A DNA stretch of 64,000 nt from Heterodontus francisci. Lineage: Eukaryota. The stretch spans positions 61,412,430 to 61,476,429 of the forward strand of contig NC_090399.1 of NCBI RefSeq assembly GCF_036365525.1. Reading direction: 5' to 3'. Every line of letters starts with the position of its first letter. Position 1 is the stretch's first letter. The position numbers were made by a program, and so were the translations under genes. The notes beneath the pieces are model-generated. The model worked only from the letters and a program-made list of their open reading frames with translations. It was not told the DNA's origin and did not search any database. Shown here piece after piece: positions 35,760 through 47,971 of the stretch.

Positions 35760-36445
35760 CCCTGGGCCACTCCTCTTTTACCTCCGACACCTCGTCCCCT
35801 TCCCATGGCACCTTCCCCTGCATTCGCAGGAGGTGTAATACCTGCCCATTCACCTCCTCTCTCCTCATTATTCAAGGCCCGAAATACGCCTTTCGGGTGA
35901 TGCAGCTTGTACTTCTTTCAATGTAGTATACTGTATTCACTGCTCACAATGTAGTCTTCACTATACTGGGGAGACCAAATGCAGACTGGGTGACGGCTTT
36001 GCAGAACACCTCCGCTCAGTCCAAAAGCATGACCCTGAGCTTCCGGTTGCTGGGCATTTCAACACACACCCCCTGCTCTCATGTCTATATATCTGTCCTG
36101 GGCTTGCTGCAGTGTTCCAGTGAACATCAATGCAAGCTCGAGAAACAGCATTTCATTTACCGATTAGGCACGCTACAGCCTGCCGGACTGAACATTGAGT
36201 TCAATAATTTCAGAGCATGACGGGCCCCACTTTTTATTTTCAGCTATTTTTTTTCTTTTTATTTGTTTATTTTATTTAATTTTGTTTCATAATTCATTTT
36301 TTTTTACCATGTGCCTACCCACTTATTTTTGTCATGTTTGTGCTTTGGGCCAGGTTGTTCTATGTTTCTGTCAATTAACACTCTCTCTCTAGTAACGTTA
36401 TGTCTTTCACCACACTATTAACATACTGTTTGCCTTTGTTCCATA
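35760..36445 (+). mobile_element. Penelope-like element, GIY-YIG endonuclease fragment and 3'UTR
   Basis: GTFPCIRRRCNTCP...NVVYCIHCSQCSLHYTGETKCRL...EHL...YRLGTLQPAGLNIEF. Confidence 0.88.
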
Positions 36446-36449
36446 ACAA

Positions 36450-38246
36450 GTGGTAGAAGTGTCAGTGGGAGGACATTACGGTGATTGTGACCATAACTCT
36501 GTAAGATTTAAGGTAGTTATGGAAAATGGCAAAGATGGATCGGAAATAAAGGTACTGAATTGGGGGAAGGCCGATTTCAATATGATAAAACAGGATCTGG
36601 CCAAAGTGGACTGGGAGCATCTACTTGTAGGAAGGTCTACATCAGACCAGTGGGAATCAGTCAAAAAGGAAATAGTGAGAGTTCAGGGCCAACATGTTCC
36701 AGTAAAGGTGAAGGGTAGGACCAACAGGTCCAGGGAACCCTGGATGTCAAGGGGGAAAGAGGATTGGATGAGAAAAAAAAGGAGGCTTATGGCAAATTCA
36801 GAGGGTGGAAAACAGCAGAGGCCTTAGAGGAGTTTAGAAAGTGTAGAGGCGTACTTAAAAAAGTAATTAGGAGAGGGGGCATGAAAAAACACTGGTGTGC
36901 AAGATAAAGGAAAATCCTAAGGTGTTTTATAAGTACATTAAGGGCAAGAGGATAACCAGGGAAAGAGTAGGGCCCATTACAAAGTGGCAATTTGTATGTG
37001 GAGCTGGAGAACATAGGTGAGGCTTTGAATGATTACTTTTCATCTGTGTTCACTATGGAGAAGGATGATGTAAGTGGAGGAGGATTTGATATACTTGAAC
37101 AAATTAGCACTGAAAGGGAGGAGGTATTAGTGGTTTTAGCGGGCTTAAAAGTGGATAAATCCCCAGGACCAGATGAGATGTATACCAGGCTGCTACGTGA
37201 GGCAAGGGAGGAGATTTTGGAGGCTCTGACACAAATTTTCAAATCCTCTCTAGCCGCAGGAGAGTTGCCAGAGGACTGGAGGACAGTGAATGTGGTATCA
37301 TTATTCAAGAAAGGTAGTAGGGATAAACCAGGTAATTACAGGCCAGTGAGTCTAACATCAGTGGTAGGGAAAATATTGGAAAATATTCTGAGGGACAGGA
37401 TTAATCTCCACTTGGAGAGGCAGGAATTAATCAAGAATAGTCAGCACGGCTTTGTCGGGGAGATCATGTCTAAGAAATCTGACTGAATTTTTCGAGGAGG
37501 TGATTAGATGTGTAGATGAGGGTAAAGTAGTTGATGTAGTATACGTGGACTTCAGTAAGGCTTTTGATAAGGTCCCGCATGGGAGATTATTCAAGAAGAT
37601 AAGAGCCCATGGGATCCAGGGCAATTTGGCAAACTGGATCCAAAATTGACTCCGTGCAGGAGGCAGAGGGTGTTGGTGGATTGGTGTTTTGTGATTGGAA
37701 GCCTGTGACCAGTTATGTACCGCAGGGATCGTGCTATTTGTGCTGTTTGTCGTGTACATTAATGATTTAGACATGAATATAGGAGGTATGATCAGTAAGT
37801 TCGCAGATGACACTAAAATTGGTGGTGTCGTAAATAGTGAGGAGGAAAGTCTTAGATTACAGGATGATATAGATGGGCCGGTAAGATGGGCAGAGCAGTG
37901 GCAAATGGAATTTAATCCTGAGAAGTGCGAGGTGATGCATTTTGGGAGGACTAACAAGTCATGGGAATATACAATGGATGCTAGGTCCCTAGGAAGTACA
38001 GAGGGTCAGAGGGACCTTGGTGTACTTGTCCATAGATCACTGAACGCAACAGCACAGGTAGATAAGGTAATAAGGGATACTTGCATTATTTGGCCAAGGC
38101 ATAGAATAGAAGAGCAGGGAGGTTATGATGGAGCTGTATAAAATGCTAGTCAGGCCACAGCTGGAGTACTGTGTACAGTTCTGGTCACCACACTATATGA
38201 AGGATGTGATTGAACTGGAGAGGGTGCAGCTGAGATTCACTAGGAT
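36450..38246 (+). mobile_element. CR1/HER1 LINE ORF2 pseudogene (end of endonuclease through RT)
   Basis: DHN, KSPGPD, FKKGSRDKPGNYRPVSLTS, SQHGF, DFSKAFDKVPH, FADDTK, LVRPQLEYCVQFW across frameshifts. Confidence 0.93.
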
Positions 38247-39000
38247 TGTAAGAGGTTCCGTTCCCGTACCCCCTTACTACAGTTCTTGGAATTTGGGAAT
38301 TACAAGAACAAAATCGCACACGACACAGGGTTAGGCTGAACCACAAATTTGTTTATTTAAAAAAACAAAAACCCTCCTAACACCCTGTTACAAAGACTTC
38401 TAAACTAATTTAAAGGACACCGTACGACACCTTGATTGGTTAGTCAGATTTAAATCCCTCCACGATTTCACCCTCAGCGCTCACCCAAACACACAGGTCA
38501 CCATAACTTATAAAATAAACCTTTTAGAAAAACAAACACAGGCAAAATTCCACGTTTCTGCCCCAAATTCACTCAATTCAAAACCCAAACCCTCCCAGGA
38601 TTTGGTTGCTACACTTAAAATTGTTTTAAAACTCTCAGCCTCAAATACCCCTTGGATTTGGCTGATAATTTATAATCCTCACATCTCCTGAAGCCATCCT
38701 GCTGGATGGTCAGCACTTAGCACCTTTTAATCCTTTTCCTCTGTTACCTGCCTGGTCCAGACACATCCATTTAGTGCTGATGTGATTTCCCTGACCGAGA
38801 ACAATGAATTCCACCAAGGTGAGGTAATCCAGGCTCCAAAGCTAATATCCATAAAAGAGGTTTCTCTCCTGTCTTGACAGGAGTGAATGCTGTGCTCTGG
38901 GGTCGGCTAGTTGTAACAATGGCTTTCCCAATCAATTAACATGATGGCAGTTCTCTTGTGTCACTGTTATAATAATGTCCCAAATTCCAGTCCTTTCACA
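38247..39000 (-). mobile_element. Probable solo LTR
   Basis: TGTAAGAGG...CCTTTCACA termini (imperfect inverted repeat, TG..CA), minus-strand AATAAA near 38353, interrupts the CR1 frame; no TSD found. Confidence 0.5.
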
Positions 39001-39214
39001 TTATCAGTTCTGTTGTGATGTTGGAATGTTTGTAAATTGACCCACAGGAATGCAGCCTGCCTCTGTGTGCTTTGCGCTGAGGTTTGGCTCTTTGGCTCAC
39101 AGTACTAGTGTCCAAGGGGGTTGGGATACCTTCCCCATACTGTACAAAGTCCAGTTGAGGGGGAGGCATTTCGATCCCACAGTTCGGACACAGGCCACAT
39201 TTTGTGGCCCAGGT

Positions 39215-40660
39215 CTGACTTTTGTACGCTGTGGCAGAGTGTCTGATCAAAGTTAACAGGTCCTTGATGGCACTCCTTCGATTTGGTAGAGGAGTATCTC
39301 AGGGATGTCCCATGTCCAGCCAATTATCTCCCATCTGTGTGGAGCCATTCCTGTGCCTGCTTCGCAGTAGATTGACAGGTTTGGCTCTGAGCAGGCCGCG
39401 CATGTGGGTCGTCCTCTCAGCTTACGTCGAAGATGTGCTCCTCGCGGTCACAAATCCCATTGACTTGCGGAGGATGCACGACTGACATCAGACTTTTTAT
39501 GCCTCATCCTCTGTGAGGATCAAATGGGGAAAATGTTCAGGTCTCCTGGTGGGTCAGTGGCGGGTGGAGCCCCTGCTGGAGGAGTTAATGAGTTTTGCAT
39601 GGAGACCACGCACTTCCTCTATTTGGGAGTCCACCTTAGCCCCACTGAGGAATCCTGGCTGGCAAACTGGGAGGAGTTGGAAGCGACAGCCATTACTGGG
39701 TTAGGGCTCTGGACAGGACTGCTCTGAATGCTTTCCTACAGGGGACGAGCACTGGTCATAAACCAGCTGGTGGCCTCAATGTTGTGATACCGATTGGTCA
39801 CTTTGGTCCTGTCCCCTGCATTGCCACCAAGATTCAGAAGAAGCTCGTCAATTTCTTCTGGAGCAAGAGAAAACTCTGGGTCTCTGCCGCGGTCCTGTGT
39901 CTCCCGATTGCGGAGGGCGGCCAGTCGCTGGTGTGCGTCCGCACCCAGACTGCGACTCTCCATCTTCAGACCCCGCAGAGATACCTGTATGTCGAGTGTC
40001 CTCCCAGATAGTATGCACTGGTCTTGTTTTTTTTCTGCCAGGGGCACTGCCTTCAAGACAACACACAGCTCTCGGTGGGGAATGTTAGCTCCGCCTCCCT
40101 GAGGGAGTTGCCTGTCTTTTACTGCGATCTATTCAGAGTCTGGAACATGGTCACCTCCAGTCGGGGCACCCACCCGCTGGCAGAGGAACGGGCCTTGGCT
40201 GTCGGGTCAGCCAGCTCTGGGGATGGACCGACGGGTGGAGGGGTAGCTGAAGCCCCCGGCACACCCCTCACTGTGGGTGACATGGGGGCTCGGGAGTATG
40301 GAGCACTCCCAGCCGAGCTGACCCCCGCTCAGCCAGAACTGCTCATCAGTCCGGGGCACCGAAACCCTCCTCGGGAGCCTGTCCCACACAACCTGAGCCG
40401 CCTCTCGAAAATGCCCTCTGTGCCATTCCACACCACGCGGAGGGGTTTCCTGTACGGGCTGCTCCTGCTCACTCTCCACTTCCTCACCCTCGTCTGCCAC
40501 CTGGACATGCTTTTGCGACCCTTATTACCAGCTGGGGGTGAGGGGAAACCCCGTGGAGGTCTCTCTACGTGGGAAACTTCACCCTTTACATCGGGGTGCA
40601 GGGTGCTGCACAGGGCAGTCCCGTGCAACAGACTGTTAAATAGGTACACGGACTGTCCAG
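39215..40660 (+). mobile_element. Tx1-type (L1 clade) LINE ORF2 fragment, RT to C-terminal region
   Basis: RGVSQGCPMS, SAYVED (AYADD-like), YLGVHL, LSYRGRALVINQL, LPIAEGGQ, LHRAVPCN. Confidence 0.85.
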
Positions 40661-40676
40661 GCCGATGTGAAGCAAG

Positions 40677-40945
40677 GGGAGGCCTCACAGTGCGAGCACA
40701 CAGTGCAATGCACTTCACTGTTTATCAACACAGAGATGATGGACTGGGGGAGGCCTCACAGTGCGAGCAAACAGTGCAATGCACTTCACTGTTTATCAAC
40801 ACAGAGATGATGGACTGGGGGAGGCCTCACAGTGCGAGCAAACAGTGCAATGCACTTCACTGTTTATCAACACAGAGATGATGGACTGGGGGAGGCCTCA
40901 CTGTGTGAACACAGTGTGAAATATACACAATGTTTATAAACATAC
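40677..40945. repeat. 71 bp tandem repeat (about 3.7 copies), related to the 72 bp array at 41341
   Basis: ggcctca at 40681, 40752, 40823 and 40894. Confidence 0.88.
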
Positions 40946-40954
40946 ACATAAATG

Positions 40955-41340
40955 AGGGAGGTGGTGGTGTAGTGGTTATGTCACTGGACTAGTAATCCAG
41001 AGACCAGGCTAATGCTCTGGGGGCATGGGGTTCGAATCCCACCATGACAGATGGTGAAGTTTAAATTCAATTTATAAATCTGGAATTAAAAGCTGGTCTA
41101 ATGGTGACCATGAAACCATTATCGATTGTTATAAAAACCCATTTGGTTCACCAATGTCCTTTACAGAAGGAAATCTGCCGTCCTTACTCGGTCTGACCGA
41201 CATGTGACTCCAGACCCACAGCAATGTGGTTGAATTGTAAATGCCCAATGAAATGGCCCAGCAAGACACTCAGTGCAACAACAATAAATGCTGGTCTAGT
41301 CAGTGAAGCTCACATTCCACAAAAATACAAATAAATAAAA
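40955..41340 (+). mobile_element. tRNA-derived SINE sharing head and tail with the tRNA-headed LINE
   Basis: TGGTGTAGTGG box A, GGTTCGAATCC box B, body homologous to 34940-35175, tail aataaatgctgg...cacattcc plus A-rich end. Confidence 0.85.
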
Positions 41341-41940
41341 CAGAGAGATGATAGACCAGGGGAGACCTCACAGTGTGAACACAGGGTGATGTACACTCAG
41401 TGTTTATAAACACAGAGAGATGATCGACCAGGGGAGACCTCACAGTGTGAACACAGGGTGATGTACACTCCGTGTTTATAAACACAGAGAGATGATAGAC
41501 CAGGGGTGGCCTCACAGTGTGAACACTGTGTGATGTACACTCAGTGTTTATAAACGCAGAAAGATGATAGACCAGGGGAGGCCTCACAGTGCGAACACAG
41601 GGTGATGTGCACTCAGTGTTTACAAACACAGAGAGATGATCGACCAGGGGAGGCCTCACAGTGCGAACACAGGGTGATGTGCACTCAGTGTTTACAAACA
41701 CAGAGAGATGATAGACCAGGGGAGGCCTCACAGTGTGAACACAGGGTGATGTGCACTCAGTGTTTATAAACACAGAGAGATGATAGACCAGGGGAGGCCT
41801 CACAGTGTGAACACAGGGTGATGTGCACTCAGTGTTTACAAACACAGAGAGATGATCGACCAGGGGAGGCCTCACAGTGTGAACACAGGGTGATGTACAC
41901 TCAGTGTTTATAAACACAGAGAGATGATAGACCAGGGGTT
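41341..41940. repeat. 72 bp tandem repeat (about 8 copies)
   Basis: cagagagatg at 41341, 41413 and onward; 24-aa period in ORF 41300..41917. Confidence 0.95.
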
Positions 41941-41949
41941 GGTATCACA

Positions 41950-43995
41950 GTGTTCAAAGAAGCGCACTTGCAATGCTCCGGGCCTGGGCGCGTACAGTTT
42001 CACATAGTGGAGCGGCACACTCCCCAGGCGAACAGCGAGGTGGAGCAAGCGGCCCAGCACCAGCTCCTTGACCCCCAAGATTCCTGGCTGAAAAGTCGGG
42101 GCCAACAAGATGGCCACCCCACTAGAAATAGGGGTGAGGTGACTCATGCAGACCCCACCCTGCCACTCCAGGGGCCAGGTGGCTACGTCTCCCGGAACGG
42201 TGTGGATTTCCTGCAGAAAGCTCACTGCGTATCTCCCTTCCCTGAGGACTGAGAGATTGTGAAATCTGCGGTGAGACCCCCTGCTGCCATTGATGTTGAG
42301 GCTGGCTATGGTTATCTTCATGTCAAAGGTAGTTAAAAACCATCACCAACACCTCACTGTGAGGAGGCAGTGGAAGTGCACCTGGCCCTCCACTCCTCCT
42401 GCAACCCATTGAGGAACGCTTTAAACCGGTGCCTCTCAACCAGTTTCATGCCCGTGCCCTTCCCCACTTTCTGGAGGGTGGCACGGACAGACCGGATGAA
42501 TAGCGCCAGATTCAACCAACGGCCGAGGGCCAGCTTAACTTTATTGCGGCAACCCCTGCATGCTGCGAGAAAATCCCGGAGTTTCGCTGTGGGGATGAGA
42601 ATAGACTCAGTGGGAGGCACGAGGGACTCCATCACCTCACTGGTGATGGAATCAAGATAGTCCTCCGTGCCCCACATCGAGTCCCTATCCTCCTCTGGGT
42701 CGTCACCGCCAGCGGCTGACACACCCATTACACAGTGTGGAACGGACATCCTGCTGAGCCAGCTGGTTCTGCCTCTGTCACGATCCCACCCCCAGGATCG
42801 ATGGCGGAGGAGTCCTCTCTGGGTTCTACTGTGACACTGGAGCCTTTGGGCGCCAATGGTTCAGGACCCCCCTCCACCTCCGTCCCCAGGCCAATGAGCG
42901 TTCCAGGGGAGACGGAAGTTCCCGACTCCAGAAATACAGCCGGAGCCGAGACCAGAGGTGGAGAGAGGATGTCATCTCCTGCCCTGCCTGTGTCCACAGG
43001 CCCAGCAGACGGGGCATCATTTTCAACTATCACTGGGTCTGGCATGTCCTGATTGAGTGTGGATTTCGGCTGGGAGTGCCGACCCTTTGGGGCCTTGTCC
43101 TCCTCTCCATTCCGGACACCCGACCCAGTGACAGAAAGGGAGACGTCCCCAGGCTCCCCCACCACAAGCAGGGCTCCACTTGCTCCTTCAGGAGGGGCTG
43201 CATGTACAGGAGCTTCCCCCTCCCCTCCATCCTGAGGGCCAGGGAGCTCCTGCCCAGGCTTTACAGCCTTGATGGTGGTGGTGGCAGGGGGAACCTGGGG
43301 ACCTGAACCAGGAGACAGCTCCCCTCCAACAGATGGGTCCTGCTCCACAGGGCCCTGATTTACCTCCGTGGAGGGGTGCCTTCTCCTCTTTTTCCTACTG
43401 GGGTGCAGAGGCTCAGAGACCTCCACGTCATCAGGGGCCTTCGCCTCCACAACCTCCTTTTGCCTGGTCACCCTGGGCCTGAGCCCAGCCCTGGGGCAGG
43501 TGGATTTCCCGTGAGCGGGCCTTGAGCTGAGCCGAGGCTCGGGTTGTGTCATGGTGTCCAGGGGACGCACTTCTCGGTGTTTAATTTTCCTCCACGCCTT
43601 CCTTCCACTCGGACGGGCACACCGCCCCCCCCACCCCACCGGAGGCCGTGAAAACCACAGCATCTGGAACCGACTGAGCAGAATCTTTAGGAGGTGTAGG
43701 GGGAGTGGGAGGAGATGCAGCGGTGCCACCCTGGGCCGCCGAGGTGGAGTTGGTAGCCGGGAGGTTGGGGCATTTCTTACAAACATTCCCCACCCCCTTG
43801 CAGACATGGCACCGCACCCCGTCCACGGACCAGAAGATTCGGTAGGTCTTCCCCTGGTACTCTACATTGAAATGGCCATCTGTGACCTCCTCCCACACCA
43901 GCTGCATAAATAACTGGCGGCGGAAGGAGTACACATGCCGGAGGCTTTTCTCCTGAAGACCGAGCGGGACTGCGGTGAGCCCTGTCTTTACTTCC
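41950..43995 (-). mobile_element. Tx1-type LINE 5' part: ORF1 (zinc knuckle) and start of ORF2 (AP endonuclease)
   Basis: ORF1 YSFRRQLFMQL...RCHVCKGVGNVCKKCP plus low-complexity tail; ORF2 starts at 42321 MKITIASLNING...FLQEIH...SSGVAIL...GRLL...YAP. Confidence 0.88.
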
Positions 43996-43997
43996 CT

Positions 43998-44405
43998 ACA
44001 TAGCAGATGGTGAAATTTGAATTTAATTTCTGAATCTGGAATCTAATGATGACCATGAAACCATTGTCAATTGTTGTAAAAACGCATCTGGGTCACTAAT
44101 GTCCTTTCGGGAAGGAAATCTGCTGTTCTTACCTGGTCTGGTCTACATGTGACTCCAGACCCACAGCAATGTGGTTAACTCTTACATGGCCTCTGAAATG
44201 GCCTAGCAAGTCACTCAGTTGTATCTAACCGCTACGAAGTCAATAAAAAGGAATGCCTAACATCACTGTGGGTGCACCTACCCCACATTGACTGCAGCAG
44301 TTCAAGAAAGCCACAACCACACCACCTTCTCAAGGGCAATTAGGGATGGGCAATAAATGCTGGCCCGGCCAGTGATGCCCACATCCCATGAATGAATAAA
44401 AAATA
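43998..44405 (+). mobile_element. Internally deleted derivative of the tRNA-headed LINE (head truncated)
   Basis: Body as at 34945-35210 including aaccgctacgaagtcaataaaaaggaatg, fused to the LINE 3' end gcagttcaagaa...caagggcaattagggatgggcaataaatgctggc...cccacatcccatgaatgaataaaaaa. Confidence 0.82.
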
Positions 44406-44539
44406 ACTTCCAAATTCATCTTAAATGTTTGAATAATTGTCAGCCAGTTGCTGCTGATGTGCTGAGTGTATTTCCATATTGGGCACAAATGCCTCGGGGA
44501 GTGTGGATCACAGTCAGGTTAAAAAACAGGGAAAAGGCC

Positions 44540-45790
44540 ATTGTACAAACCACCTAATAGTAGAAGGGGATTCGTGAAAATTATGTAGCAAAGCTCTGAA
44601 ATAAGTAAAATTTATAGCAGAAAAATCATGGGAAATGTCAACTCCAGCAATGATGTGGGAAGAAGATGTAGAGAAAGGGGAAAAGGTAATGGAGTATTTA
44701 CAGTGTGTTCAGGACACAATTCCTACCCAGTAGATCAAAGTTCACCAAGGGTGGATCCAGTCACTGAAAATAAACCAGAGCAGATATGAAAAGTAAACTT
44801 GGGTGAGAATTGAGGCAATATCAATGACAACATAATAAGCTTTAAGGCAATGATTCAGATCGATATCAGTAAGAAAAGCCAAAAATAATAGATTAGAAAA
44901 AGCTGATTTTTGGGAGTTGAAATTGCAACTGGTGAAGATTAACTGGAACAGAATATTAACAAAGAGAGAGAACAGTGCTGGAGAATTATTAAAAAGGTGA
45001 CCAATAGACTTCAGCAGAAATATATTCCACTCAAAAAGAACAGATTGGCCTTTTATGAATCACTAGGGACGAATAAAGGGATAAGTACAAAATTGAAACT
45101 AAAGTAAAAATCATGTACCTAATATATTAGCAATAAAGGAGAGGATGACAAATAGTGAAATCAAAGAGATTAGGAATGAAGTCAAAAAATTATGAAGGCA
45201 AAGAACAGCAGAAAATATAAATAGTCAAGGAATATGAAAAATATGAAAGTACCAAACAGACACATATAAATAATAAAAGGGAATTCAGAATAGGGACAGA
45301 GTCACTGAAGGATGTACAAGAACAACTCACAGGTAATGATAAAGTTCATTAGTTTGCCTCAGTTTTTACCAGCTGGACTAACAATGTGAACTAGACAGCA
45401 TTACAAATAGATATTAAAATATATAGAATAGAAAGGACAGGATACCAGTAAATATTAGAGAAAATAAACTCTTGGAACTGGATGAGTTACATCTGCATCG
45501 GTCAATGGAAGACTCCATTGAGAGCATCACATACAGTTCTGGACCTAACACCTAAAGAATGATGTTTTAGATTTGGAGGGGGTGAAACACACATTCACCA
45601 GAATGAAGATCGGGCTGAAAGGTTTAAATAATAAGGATAAGTTTTACAGACGAGTCTTGCATCCCCTTGACTAGAGAAGATTAAGGGGTGATATTTTCAA
45701 GGGTCTCTGAGGATTAAAAGGATTAGATCGGATAGGTAGAGGGAAACTAACTCCTCTGGCAGCTTATCCTGAATATTAGAGAAAGGCCTC
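44540..45790 (+). mobile_element. Old, highly decayed CR1 ORF2 (copy 1 of a local duplication)
   Basis: Remnants of YRPPN, FASVFT and VQFW motifs; colinear with 46855-47965. Confidence 0.6.
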
Positions 45791-46314
45791 TCATCTCTCT
45801 GCTCTATTACTTCTCTCTCTTTCACTTTGTCTTTCCCACCTCATTCCCTCTCACTATTTTGCCTCTGTTTCTTGGTCCCTCTCATTGCCTCAGTCTCTTG
45901 GCCCTCTCTCCACCTCCATCACCTTTCTCCTCTCTCTCTTCTGCAATCTCTATTTCTCACCTTCTGTGTCACTATCTCCTCTTCTTTGCTCCCTTTCTCC
46001 CAACACAAACACCACTCACTATCCCAGCCTGAATTCTGAATACATTCTGATATATTATTCCATACTGAATATACTGTATCAGCTGATTTCAACATCTACA
46101 CTCCCAGTTTTTTAAATGATCTGTGAATGTGCCAGGCTCCATCAGTGGTTTCGAGTCTGGCAAGATTTTGCTGATAATCTGGAGGGGAAATTGCCTTTGC
46201 TTTTGTACTCGGAAGCAGCTCTGCCTCCCATCTCACCCAGTCTTCTTCATAAACTCATTTTATCACGTTTCATCTTGCAGTGACATATCCACCTGCTGAA
46301 GTATATGCACTAGC

Positions 46315-46620
46315 TGTAGAGTCTAGAACTAGGAGACACAGTCTCTGAATAAGGGTCAACCACCTAGGACTAAGATGAGGAGGAATTTCTTCCCCCAAAG
46401 GGTTTTGGATCTGGAATTCTCTACCCCAGAGGACTGTGGATGCTCAGACATTGAGTATATTGAAAGCAGAGATTGATTGATTTTTAGACAATGAGGGATT
46501 AAGGGATATGGAGATGGTGTGTGAAGGTGGAATGAAGGTAACAGATCAGCCAAAAACATATGAACTGGTGGAGCAAGTTCCAATGGCCGAGTGGCCTACT
46601 CCTGCTCCTATATCTAGTGT
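46315..46620 (+). mobile_element. CR1 3' end
   Basis: gagtctagaactagg...aggaatttcttc...tggaattctctacccc...ggccgagtggcctactcctgctccta. Confidence 0.8.
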
Positions 46621-46854
46621 TCATATACCTGCAATGTGCTCCACTCTGTAAATCTTCTGGACCTTGTTTTTCCTTATTTCTGACAACCTGTCTTTGTAAC
46701 TGAAGCTATTTGGTCAGTTTCCAAATTTATCTTAAACATTTGAGTAATTGGCAAGCAATTGCTGCTGATCTTATAAAGACATTTCCATATAGGACATAGA
46801 TACCTCAGAGGAATGTGGATCCAGTCAGGTTAAATAATGTAACAAAGGTTATTC

Positions 46855-47965
46855 TACAGACCACCTAATAGTGGAAGAGATCGAAAGGAAAATATACAAA
46901 GCTATGAAACAAGTTAAATTCATAGCATCGTAATCATGGAATATTTCATAGCAAATAATCTGGCAAGAAGAGGAAGGAAAAGGGGATAAAAGGGAATGGA
47001 GCAGTTTCCCTGTGTTCCGGACATCTTTCCTCCCCAGTACATAAGAAGCCCAACAAGAGAGGAATCACTGATGGATCAAGCAATATAAAATGCACCAGAG
47101 CAGATAAAAGTTGGAGATTTCGGAGAAACACATTGGAATATCAATCAGAACAGAATATAGTTTAAGGTAATGTTTGAGAAAGATGTAACTAAGAAAAGGC
47201 AAAAAATAATAGAATGTAAAACGCTGACTGGGGGGATGAAAATGGAAGTTGTGAAAATAAACTGGAACAGTATATTGATGAACAAAGATGGATCAGCAGT
47301 GGGAAATATGTAAAAAAGGGGATCGAAAATTCCACGAAAACAAGAACCAATTTAACAAATTATGAAACAGCATAAATGAAAGAAGGGATAAGTGTGAAAC
47401 TGAAATGAAAGTCAAAGGCAGGTAATAAGTATATTGAGAATAAGGGAGAGGATGACGAAAACCAAAATCAGGAGGTGAGGGAACATGTTCAAAAAGTAAA
47501 ACAAAGAGAAACTGTGAAATTAAATTCTGAAGAAATATAAAAAGAAATATTGAAATATCCTACAGACACATAAATAACAGAAAGGTAAATCCGAATAGGG
47601 ACAAAGTCAATGTCGGCTGCACAGGAAAAACTCACAGGTAATGAGGAGAGATGGCAGAAAGATTGGAGAATTACTTTGCCTCAGTTTTACCAGCTGGACT
47701 AACAAGGTGGATTTGACATCATTACAGGTAGATATTAAAACATTTAAAACAGAAAGGAGGGGATAGCAGTAAAACCTAGAGATGATAAATTCTGGAAACT
47801 GGATGAATTGCATCCGTGTATACTAAAACAGGCCAGGGAAGACCCCATTGAGAGTGATGTATTCAGTTCTGGACCCTACACCTCAAGAATGATGTATTAG
47901 TTTAGGATGGGGTGCAGCACCTATTCACCAGAATAATACTGAAGCTACAAGGGTTAACCTGTGAG
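46855..47965 (+). mobile_element. Old, highly decayed CR1 ORF2 (copy 2 of a local duplication)
   Basis: Colinear with 44540-45630 and shares the same deletion junction. Confidence 0.6.
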
Positions 47966-47971
47966 GACTGA

